DNA of 64,000 nt from Oscillospiraceae bacterium (GTDB lineage: Bacteria > Bacillota > Clostridia > UMGS1840 > HGM11507). Position numbers and translations under genes: made by a program. Each line of letters starts with the position of its first letter. Within the stretch, counting starts at the first letter, position 1. The notes beneath the pieces are model-generated. The model was not told the origin of the DNA, ran no database searches, and saw only the letters and a program-made list of their open reading frames with translations. The stretch covers positions 9,779 to 73,778 of the forward strand of contig SVKJ01000003.1 in assembly GCA_015068525.1 (NCBI GenBank). The letters are read 5' to 3'. Below are positions 48,584 to 56,081 of this stretch, in pieces.

Positions 48584-48748
48584 TGCCAAACAAATCAAAT
48601 AATAAAACTTGTAAAGTGTGTGTATTTTTAATTATGACAAAAATACAGATGCTCTTATTTGCATATACTTTGCAAGTTGTGTAAGATTTGTTTGGCGACA
48701 GTCGGAGCAATGTGTTTTTTATGCGTGGCTTAGGCTGCGCATTTTTTA
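48584..48748 (+). ncRNA. structured RNA element B (unclassified; paralog of element A at 29050-29259)
   Basis: 12-bp closing helix GCCAAACAAATC 48585-48596 / GATTTGTTTGGC 48685-48696. 12-bp second helix 48606-48617 / 48667-48678. Hairpins gtattttt..aaaaatac and atgc..gcat. Box GACAGTCGGAG (48697-48707). Terminator atgcgtggc-ttag-gctgcgcat plus T6 (48721-48748). The downstream gene has its own promoter (TTGACT 48775, TATAAT 48798). Confidence 0.55.
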
Positions 48749-48862
48749 TTGTGATTTGCTATGCTAAGCTATTATTGACTTTAAATAAGGGGGAATGGTA
48801 TAATATAAATAACAAGTAACTGGTAACATTTTCATATATGACACTAAAGGAGGTACACAAAT

Positions 48863-49486
48863 ATGAAAAAAATCCTTATTGTACTTTTAATAACTTTACT
48901 TTTAATTTCTATGGTGGGTTGCCAAACAAAACATAACAGCAGTGTTGAATATACTGTTGGTTTTTACAATTTGTTTGGAGAACATATAGATGTTATTACT
49001 AAAAGCACCGATTTTGGAGATGTAAAAGGAGTTACGGAAGGTAAGCAAACAACATATACTTTTACTTGCAATGAAAATAGCGAAAGTATTACTGAAAAAC
49101 AGTTGGTTTTTTATAATGATATTTTAATGGCTGAAAAAGTCAAATTTTCCAATTTGGAAAAAGCCTATTTATTTGCTAAAGAATATCGTAAAGACTTTGA
49201 AAAAAATTATGGTAAAAAAGATACATATCCAAATATGTCTTCTCCATATTCAGGATATTTAGATGATATATCAAGCGTTGGAGAAATTAATAAACCTTGT
49301 AATTATTATGAAGATTATACGGTTGAAGTTTCAGAAAAAAAGACTAACGAGCCTTGGCTTCATATAGATAAAGCACAAAAAATGCTTGGCGATATAAAAT
49401 ATTCGCGTATTGATTTAAGACTGGAGTTACAAGTCCTTTCTGATGACTTGGCATATGTATCTGTAAAATATATGATATTAAGATAA
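48863..49486 (+). CDS. hypothetical lipoprotein
   Basis: Lipobox LISMVGC; SD AAAGGAGG; 207 aa; no recognised domain. Confidence 0.7.
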   Translation: MKKILIVLLITLLLISMVGCQTKHNSSVEYTVGFYNLFGEHIDVITKSTDFGDVKGVTEGKQTTYTFTCNENSESITEKQLVFYNDILMAEKVKFSNLEKAYLFAKEYRKDFEKNYGKKDTYPNMSSPYSGYLDDISSVGEINKPCNYYEDYTVEVSEKKTNEPWLHIDKAQKMLGDIKYSRIDLRLELQVLSDDLAYVSVKYMILR

Positions 49487-49541
49487 TCGATAAATAAAAC
49501 ACAATGTCCGACAGTTACTAAAAAAAGAAAGGAAAATACTT

Positions 49542-50525
49542 ATGAAAAAATTATTTGTATGTTTTTTAATTGTACTTTTAATATTTAATTTAACTGCTTT
49601 TTGTGAGGAAACTAAAATATACACCTTTCCGGGTGAAAGGGTTGTGTTTGACTTTTCATTTTCTGATAATAAAGATGTTATAACATCGGATTTTTACATT
49701 AAGCCAACGGGACCTGCAAAGTTACAAATTAATTTTAAAAATGCTGATGAAAGTTTTACAGTTAATTTTAAGATTATAAACAAACTGACAAAGGATATTA
49801 TATATAACAGTGTTGTAAACTTTATATCGAACGGAGAAGATGATACATATCAGTATATTGAAATTTTCCCTGCACAATTAAAAACAAATGACGAATATTA
49901 TATAGAAATATCAGAGCCTTCTTTAAAGAATGCAAAGGGTAAAATTGAAATAATAGGCAGTATTGAATTGCTTTCCGAAATAGGTAAACTTCGTAATCTT
50001 GGAATAGCAAATGATGTGGGGGAAGGACCTTATCAACCTGTTAAAAGAGGGGAAATGGCAAAACTTATTGCTCAGACTCTTAAAATGACATCTTCTGCTG
50101 CTTTCTGTTTGCCTGAATTTTCCGATGTAGCAAAGGACAATCCAAATTATAACTATATTGGATTAATAGAAAAAAAGGGGATAGCAGACGGATATGGAAA
50201 CGGAAATTTTAAGCCGGATGAAAATATTACATATTACGAAGCGGTTAAAATGATTGTTTGTATGTTAGGTTATAAGCCTGAAGCAGAGATTAAAGGATAT
50301 CCGGAGGGGTATTTGCAAACTGCAAACAAAATAGGAATTATACTTTATCCCGGAGCGGAAGACAGAGTTATAAATCTTGATGATATTTCAAAAATTTTAT
50401 ATAAGGCAATTGATACACCTCTGATGCTTCAGACTGGATTTGGAGCAGAAACGCAATATGAAATAGCAGACGGTGTAAATAATAAACTTATGACCATAAG
50501 AAATACATATCTTGCAACTGAATAA
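49542..50525 (+). CDS. secreted protein with C-terminal S-layer-homology (SLH) domains
   Basis: Signal peptide. SLH-like repeats PVKRGEMAKLIAQTL and FSDVAKDNPNYNYIGLIEKKGIADGYGNGNFKPDENITYYEAVKMIV. Confidence 0.65.
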   Translation: MKKLFVCFLIVLLIFNLTAFCEETKIYTFPGERVVFDFSFSDNKDVITSDFYIKPTGPAKLQINFKNADESFTVNFKIINKLTKDIIYNSVVNFISNGEDDTYQYIEIFPAQLKTNDEYYIEISEPSLKNAKGKIEIIGSIELLSEIGKLRNLGIANDVGEGPYQPVKRGEMAKLIAQTLKMTSSAAFCLPEFSDVAKDNPNYNYIGLIEKKGIADGYGNGNFKPDENITYYEAVKMIVCMLGYKPEAEIKGYPEGYLQTANKIGIILYPGAEDRVINLDDISKILYKAIDTPLMLQTGFGAETQYEIADGVNNKLMTIRNTYLATE

Positions 50526-50596
50526 GGACCTCTCAAAATTCTAAAATGTATTATCTTGTATCATTTGAAACTATATAAACATTTTTATATTTCACT

Positions 50597-50758
50597 GTCA
50601 TCCTGAACGCAGTGAAGGATCTCTTCTTAATAGGTAAGAGATTCATCGTCTATGCCTCAGAATGACAAGAGGAAAATGTAAAGTTTTAGTCGTTACAAGG
50701 TAGTAGGGGCGGTTCACGAACCGCCCGCCTACTCGGGACATTCGTGAATGTCCCCTAC
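50597..50758. repeat. cluster of three GC-rich imperfect palindromes (REP/MITE-like)
   Basis: Hairpin 1, 50597-50666 (gtcatcctga...tcagaatgac base and gatctctt/aagagatt top). Hairpin 2, 50703-50732 (gggcggtt-cacg-aaccgccc inside gtag/ctac). Hairpin 3, 50735-50754 (gggacatt-cgtg-aatgtccc). The G+C content is visibly far above the surrounding DNA. Confidence 0.8.
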
Positions 50759-50765
50759 AATAAAG

Positions 50766-50794
50766 AGAACCTTGTTGTGTTAATACACAATAAG
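50766..50794. repeat. left copy of the roughly 29-nt direct repeat AGAACCTTGTTG..TTA...CACAATAA
   Basis: 24 of 29 positions are identical to 51271-51299. This copy forms the hairpin cttgttgtg-ttaata-cacaataag. Confidence 0.75.
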
Positions 50795-50826
50795 ATTATT
50801 TTTAAAATTAATATAAGAGGCGGAAT

Positions 50827-51228
50827 ATGAAAAAAATATTAATTACAATAATAGTTTTGTTAATACTTGTTTCAGTGTTTGTTATTTGCTATATAGGACC
50901 AAAGATAAATGAGTCTGTCGGGTACTTGACATCTAACGATGATTATACCGAGCCTGCTTCAATAACACCGCAAAAAGCAATAGAAAATTCCAAAAAGATG
51001 CTTAATGAAAAAACTATCAAAACAATTATAAATTATGATAATCCAAAAGTTCAAGAGGTAGTAGCCAACAAGCAACTATCAATAGTTTATTTTGATAAAA
51101 GTGTTAAAGATGGGAGACTCTTGTATAGGATTACTTTTAATACTATTCACGATGGACTTTTGGGACCGGTGGTTTTTTATGTGGATAAATTAAGCGGTAA
51201 TGTAGTAGGTGGGGAATATAGAGAATAG
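50827..51228 (+). CDS. membrane-anchored small protein, PepSY-like C-terminal fold (hypothetical)
   Basis: 133 aa; N-terminal TM anchor; YRITFNTIHDGLLGPVVFYVDKLSGNVVGGEY resembles PepSY-type domains; SD AAGAGG. Confidence 0.6.
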   Translation: MKKILITIIVLLILVSVFVICYIGPKINESVGYLTSNDDYTEPASITPQKAIENSKKMLNEKTIKTIINYDNPKVQEVVANKQLSIVYFDKSVKDGRLLYRITFNTIHDGLLGPVVFYVDKLSGNVVGGEYRE

Positions 51229-51270
51229 AGAATAATATCACGAAATCCTAATGTATGATAATTTTCTCAA

Positions 51271-51299
51271 AGAACCTTGTTGCATTATTTCACAATAAA
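51271..51299. repeat. right copy of the roughly 29-nt direct repeat
   Basis: AGAACCTTGTTGCATTATTTCACAATAAA; see 50766-50794. Confidence 0.75.
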
Positions 51300-51303
51300 A
51301 AAA

Positions 51304-51457
51304 GAGGGCGAAATGGAACCGAACCCGACCGCATCCTTAATGGATGATGAAGGAAGGGTGCAGGGCTGTGCTGTAACACAATGAAAACGAGGGCGGCTTG
51401 CCCGCGTGATGTTTGAATTGATGTTACGAACGGAAGGTATAGCATCATTTCGCCTTC
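51304..51457. repeat. GC-rich structured segment closed by a 12-bp helix
   Basis: GAGGGCGAAATG 51304-51315 pairs with CATTTCGCCTTC 51446-51457 (one G-U). Interior small hairpins: catcc-ttaat-ggatg and gcgg-cttgc-ccgc. GC-rich relative to the flanks. Confidence 0.6.
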
Positions 51458-51460
51458 ATT

Positions 51461-51495
51461 CATTTCACATTTCGCATTTCGAATTTTGAATTTGA
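51461..51495. repeat. heptanucleotide tandem repeat (5 units)
   Basis: CATTTCA CATTTCG CATTTCG AATTTTG AATTTGA. A further CATTTCG at 51446 and the inverse CGAAATG at 51309. Confidence 0.85.
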
Positions 51496-51500
51496 AAAAA

Positions 51501-52346
51501 TTATTTTTTTTCAATAACACACACTGCCATTTTAATAAACATTTCTTTTAAGACAGGAAGTTTTGCTAAAGGTGCTAAAAAATTTCTAAGTGGCATTTCA
51601 TTATAGTAACTTGGTGTTATATTAAGATTTTTAAGAATGTTTTTAAATCTTTTTATTGTCATTTTATTTATATATGAAAAATATTCTTTTCCGTTTTCGT
51701 CTTTGGAAATTCTGAAATTAATTCTGCTTTTTCCGTCAGGCAGGTCTTTTACAAGTTCTTTATAATCTCTTATTAAAGTTTTTTCGCTAAAGAATAAATG
51801 AACCCAGGGGATAAATATTGCATCGCTTAAATGCGCACCGAACGGATGATTATAAGGAGGGAAGTTTATATATACTTTGCCGCCTTTTTTTAATACTCTT
51901 AAAACTTCTTTTAAAACTTCTTCAGGTTCTCCTACATGTTCCATAGCATCATTCATAATAATTGTATCAAACGAGTTGTCAGGATAGGGAAGATTTTTTG
52001 CATCGGCGCATATAAAGGTAAATTCGTTTTCTAAATTCAGTTTTCTTGCTAAAGTTTCCGATTCTTCCTTGTAAGACTCGACAACATCAACACCGTACAC
52101 ATGGTTTGCCCCAAGCGTGATATAATAAAGAGATTTTCCGCCTGCACCACAACCTATATCAAGAATATCTTTACCTTTAAACATTTCTTCTTTATTAGTA
52201 TATCCTAAATAGTTTTTGATTGTATTTTCGCCTTTTTCAAACTGCCACATAGCATAAGTTTTAACTCCGTCATTATTTAAATTAAAAGGATGTACAACGG
52301 GTTTAAATAACTTGTTTATTTTTATAAGTAAACTCATAAATAACAC
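51501..52346 (-). CDS. class I SAM-dependent methyltransferase (Methyltransf_11-like)
   Basis: 281 aa; motif I ILDIGCGAGGKSLYY, post-I VYGVDV, DTIIMNDAMEHV. An alternative start M4 at 52337 is possible. Confidence 0.85.
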   Translation of the reverse strand: MLFMSLLIKINKLFKPVVHPFNLNNDGVKTYAMWQFEKGENTIKNYLGYTNKEEMFKGKDILDIGCGAGGKSLYYITLGANHVYGVDVVESYKEESETLARKLNLENEFTFICADAKNLPYPDNSFDTIIMNDAMEHVGEPEEVLKEVLRVLKKGGKVYINFPPYNHPFGAHLSDAIFIPWVHLFFSEKTLIRDYKELVKDLPDGKSRINFRISKDENGKEYFSYINKMTIKRFKNILKNLNITPSYYNEMPLRNFLAPLAKLPVLKEMFIKMAVCVIEKK

Positions 52347-52495
52347 CTCGAGAAAATATTATAAAACTAAATTTAATAATATCATATCATAAAAAAATAA
52401 AAAAATAAAGTTTTTTTAAAAAATGTTGAAATATATTATAAAAAATGCTAAAATATAATATAATGCATTTAATTTTATTTAAGGAGGCAAACACA

Positions 52496-52882
52496 ATGAA
52501 AAAATATGAAGAAGAAAACAATGTTGTAGAAATCGAAGCGGGTGACGTTACAGTTTCCGAAAGTGTTATTGCATCTATTGCTAAAAATGCTATTATGGAG
52601 GTTGAAGGTGTTCATAGCGTAATTGGTGATGAGCAACCTGAACCAAAGAAAATTTTTGATTTGATTTCCAGTAAAGCAACAGGTAAAGATAAAGGTATCA
52701 AAGTTGTTACAAAAGATAATAAAGAACTGAGCATCGAAGTATTTGTTGTATTAAACTACGGAACAAATCTTATAAACGTATCTAAAAAAATTCAGGAAAA
52801 AGTAAAAGATGCAGTTGAAAGTATAGTTGGTATGCACGTAGTAGATGTTGATGTTTATATTGAAGGCGTATTCGCCCAGTAA
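52496..52882 (+). CDS. Asp23/Gls24 family envelope stress protein
   Basis: ATG 52496 with SD AAGGAGG; VTVSESVIASIAKNAIMEVEGVHSV...; conserved position before nusB. Confidence 0.88.
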   Translation: MKKYEEENNVVEIEAGDVTVSESVIASIAKNAIMEVEGVHSVIGDEQPEPKKIFDLISSKATGKDKGIKVVTKDNKELSIEVFVVLNYGTNLINVSKKIQEKVKDAVESIVGMHVVDVDVYIEGVFAQ

Positions 52883-52894
52883 TCGGAGGAACTA

Positions 52895-53332
52895 ATGAAA
52901 AGGCAAGATTTAAGAAAATATGCTTTTCTTATAACATTCGGAAGATCTCTTAGTTTTGATACTCCTGAGGAAGCTTTAGGTAACTATCTTGAGTCTTTTA
53001 AAGAAGATTATGAAAAAGAAAATGGAAAGTTTTCTAAAAAAGACCTTGAGTTTATAAAAGATATAATCTTCGGAGTAAATAAAAATATAGAAACTATTGA
53101 TAGTACAATTTCAAAATATGTAGAAGGGTATGAAATTACGCGAATATCTAAAGTGGCTCTTGCCGCTTTAAGAGTGAGCATCTATGAAATCTTATTTAGA
53201 GATGATATTCCGGATAAGGTTTCAGTAAACGAAGCCCTTGAAATAGTTAAACTTTATGACGACGACAGTACAAGAAAATTTGTTAACGGAGTTCTTGGCA
53301 GTCTCATAAAAGATGCGGAGAATAAAGAATGA
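52895..53332 (+). CDS. nusB: transcription antitermination factor NusB
   Basis: 145 aa; RISKVALAALRVSIYEILFRDDIPDKVSVNEALEIVKLYDDDSTRKFVNGVLG. Confidence 0.93.
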   Translation: MKRQDLRKYAFLITFGRSLSFDTPEEALGNYLESFKEDYEKENGKFSKKDLEFIKDIIFGVNKNIETIDSTISKYVEGYEITRISKVALAALRVSIYEILFRDDIPDKVSVNEALEIVKLYDDDSTRKFVNGVLGSLIKDAENKE

Positions 53333-54522
53333 TAATCTCTGTAAGTGAACTTAATTCTCTTATAAAAGAATTTTTCGACTTAAATCCTATGTTTAACAGT
53401 GTCTATGTTAAAGGTGAAATTTCCAATTTTAAAAGGCATTCATCGGGGCACTGTTATTTCAGTTTGAAAGACGAGAAGAGTGTTATTAAAGCAGTGATGT
53501 TTAAATTTAATGCACTAAGCCTTAACTTTGAGCCTGAAAACGGAATGAAGGTTATAATAAATGCACGTCTGTCTTCTTATGAAAGAGATGGAGTTTATCA
53601 ACTTTATGTTAATGAAATGCAGCCTGACGGAGTTGGTGCTTTGCATATTAAATTTGAGCAGCTTAAAGATAAACTTTCAAAAGAAGGTTTGTTTGACGAA
53701 CAGTTTAAAAAGCCTTTACCTCGTTTTCCTAAAACTGTAGGGGTTGTTACGTCTAAAACCGGCGCTGCCGTTAAAGATATAATAAATGTCATAAAACGCC
53801 GTGCGAAAAATACTGATATTATAATATATCCTGCAACTGTGCAGGGGGCTGATGCTCATAAAAGCATTGTAGCAGGGATTGAATATTTTAATGAAAATAA
53901 AGTTGACGTTATGATTGTAGGGCGAGGCGGAGGCTCTATTGAGGACTTGTGGTGCTTTAATGAGGAGGAAGTTGCCCGTGTAATTTTCAAATCAAGTGTT
54001 CCGGTTGTTTCTGCTGTTGGTCACGAAACCGATTATACCATTTCTGACTTTGTGGCAGATTTAAGAGCGCCTACACCTTCTGCTGCCGCAGAACTTTGCG
54101 TTCCTCATCTTAAGGACGTAATAGGCTTTATAGAAACTTCAAGGTCAAGAATGTATTTATCATTAAATAAAAATATAGATTTATATAAAAATAAACTTGA
54201 TACTTTAAAAAACAGTAATGTGTTTATATATCCAAAAAGAATGCTTGAAAGATATGAACAGAATATTGTAACACGTTCTGCTACTCTTTGCAATGCGTAT
54301 GAGCGTATAATAGCAAGTAAAAAGGAAAGTTTTGTAAGAAGTATTTCTTCCCTTGACAGTCTTAGTCCTTTAAAAGTTTTAAAAAGGGGATATACTTTTG
54401 TTGAGAATAAAGAGGGAAAAGTGATTGACAGTGTTAAAAAATTAAATACTGATGACATAATTTCTCTTAAATTTGCTGATGGAAAAGCAAACTGTCAGGT
54501 TGTGTCAAAGGAGGGTAACTGA
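53329..54522 (+). CDS. xseA: exodeoxyribonuclease VII large subunit
   Basis: 397 aa; VKGEISNFKRHSSGHCYFSLKD, GVVTSKTGAAVKDI, GRGGGSIEDLWCFNEE, GHETDYT. Confidence 0.95.
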   Translation: MIISVSELNSLIKEFFDLNPMFNSVYVKGEISNFKRHSSGHCYFSLKDEKSVIKAVMFKFNALSLNFEPENGMKVIINARLSSYERDGVYQLYVNEMQPDGVGALHIKFEQLKDKLSKEGLFDEQFKKPLPRFPKTVGVVTSKTGAAVKDIINVIKRRAKNTDIIIYPATVQGADAHKSIVAGIEYFNENKVDVMIVGRGGGSIEDLWCFNEEEVARVIFKSSVPVVSAVGHETDYTISDFVADLRAPTPSAAAELCVPHLKDVIGFIETSRSRMYLSLNKNIDLYKNKLDTLKNSNVFIYPKRMLERYEQNIVTRSATLCNAYERIIASKKESFVRSISSLDSLSPLKVLKRGYTFVENKEGKVIDSVKKLNTDDIISLKFADGKANCQVVSKEGN

Positions 54523-54716
54523 TGGCATTATTTGAAGAAGATTTAAAAAAGTTAGAAGATATAGTTTCAAAATTGGAAAAAGGCGACGCACCTTTGGAAG
54601 AGTCTATTAAAATGTTTGAAGAGGGTATTAAACTTACTAAAACATTACAGAAAACTCTTGATGACGCAGAAGGTAAAATAAAGGTTGTTATGGAAAATGA
54701 GGCGGAGGATTTTTGA
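54522..54716 (+). CDS. xseB: exodeoxyribonuclease VII small subunit
   Basis: 64 aa; FEEDLKKLEDIVSKLEKGDAPLEESIKMFEEGIKL. Confidence 0.93.
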   Translation: MALFEEDLKKLEDIVSKLEKGDAPLEESIKMFEEGIKLTKTLQKTLDDAEGKIKVVMENEAEDF

Positions 54717-55588
54717 TGGATTTTAGTCTCGAATTTGAAAGAAGAAAGAAAATAATTGAAGATTATCTTGATGGCGATATAAAAGAGGATAATTCTTCAT
54801 ATAAAACCCTTTTATCTGCGATGAAGTACAGTGTTAATGCAGGCGGAAAAAGAATAAGACCGATACTTATGATGAGTGTTTATGAACTGTTTAAAGGAGA
54901 TTTTGAACAAATTCTTCCTTTTATGGCGGGAATTGAATATATTCATACATATTCGCTTATTCATGATGACCTTCCTGCTATGGATAATGACGATTTAAGA
55001 AGAGGAATTCCTACCTGTCATAAAAAGTACTCGGAAGCAATGGCAATCCTGGCGGGTGATGCACTTTTAAATTATGCTTACGAGAAAATGCTTGACTCCC
55101 ATCTTGAATATTCGAAAGAGGCAACAAGATATATTTTAAAGTCAGCAGGGAAAGACGGAATGATTGGCGGTCAGGTTATAGATATAGAAAACGAAAATAA
55201 TAAGATTTCTTTGGAACTTCTTAACGAATTACATGCTCTAAAGACAGGTGCTTTAATCCGTGCCGCCTGTGTTTCGGGAGCAATACTTGCGGGTGCAGAT
55301 CAGGATACTGTTGAAAAAATAGCCGAGTTTGGAAGTCTTATCGGAATGGCGTTCCAGGTTAAAGATGATATTTTGGATAAAATAGGTAATACTAAAGATT
55401 TAGGAAAACCTGTCGGAAGTGATGAAAAGAATAATAAAACAACATATCTTAGTCATTTTGACTTAGAAGAGTGTGAAAATATAGTAACCCTTCTTACAAA
55501 AAGAGCAGAAGAAATTCTTCTCACCTTTGGAGAAAAAAGCGAATTTCTGAAGGAACTTATAAACTATCTTACTCAAAGGAATAAATAG
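54716..55588 (+). CDS. ispA: (2E,6E)-farnesyl diphosphate synthase (polyprenyl synthetase family)
   Basis: GGKRIRP, first DDxxD (LIHDDLPAMDNDDLRRG), second FQVKDDILD. ATG 54716 (SD GGCGGAGGA) is preferred over the tracked TTG 54713. Confidence 0.9.
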   Translation: MDFSLEFERRKKIIEDYLDGDIKEDNSSYKTLLSAMKYSVNAGGKRIRPILMMSVYELFKGDFEQILPFMAGIEYIHTYSLIHDDLPAMDNDDLRRGIPTCHKKYSEAMAILAGDALLNYAYEKMLDSHLEYSKEATRYILKSAGKDGMIGGQVIDIENENNKISLELLNELHALKTGALIRAACVSGAILAGADQDTVEKIAEFGSLIGMAFQVKDDILDKIGNTKDLGKPVGSDEKNNKTTYLSHFDLEECENIVTLLTKRAEEILLTFGEKSEFLKELINYLTQRNK

Positions 55589-55596
55589 AGGATTGT

Positions 55597-56046
55597 ATGA
55601 ATTTTATAACTGAATTTTTTTCAAATAAAATAATCAGTGCAACACTTTTAAGTTGGCTTGTTGCTCAGATACTTAAAACGATACTTGTTATTATAACAAG
55701 TAAAACTCTTGATTTTACAAGGCTTGTAGGATCAGGAGGGATGCCAAGTTCTCATTCTTCACTTGTATCAACTTTAGTAATTATGACAGCAAGAATTGAG
55801 GGAATATCAAGTACAGCATTTGCGGTAAGTTTTGCACTTGCTTTGATTGTTATGTACGATGCTGCCAATGTCAGAAAAGAAGCAGGAGAACATGCAAGAA
55901 TTATCAATATCCTTATTGAAGAATGGGTTGAAAAAGAAAATCTTAAAATGGATAAAGATTTAAAAGAACTTCTTGGGCACACCCCGTTTGAAGTTATAAT
56001 CGGTGCAATATTAGGTTGTCTTATAGGTGGATTTTTCCCGATATAA
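55597..56046 (+). CDS. divergent PAP2 family membrane protein (DUF212)
   Basis: 149 aa; GGMPSSHSSLVSTL and MYDAANVRKEAGEHA motifs. Confidence 0.85.
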   Translation: MNFITEFFSNKIISATLLSWLVAQILKTILVIITSKTLDFTRLVGSGGMPSSHSSLVSTLVIMTARIEGISSTAFAVSFALALIVMYDAANVRKEAGEHARIINILIEEWVEKENLKMDKDLKELLGHTPFEVIIGAILGCLIGGFFPI

Positions 56047-56081
56047 CCGTTGTCGGTTTTTAAATAACTAAGGAGAAACTA

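Noticed and set aside
51340-51380. SRP-RNA-like string gatgaaggaagggtgcagggctgtgctg (resembles GGAAGGAAGCAGC of SRP helix 8).
   Set aside because: No matching 3' strand or GNRA tetraloop context, no Alu-like or closing helices of a Firmicute scRNA, and the location is inside a repeat patch.
51290-51520. 76-aa - strand ORF (…FKIRNAKCEMNEGEM…LRMRSGSVPF…).
   Set aside because: It is a translation of the heptamer repeat and GC-rich palindromes. It overlaps the methyltransferase 3' end and has no SD.
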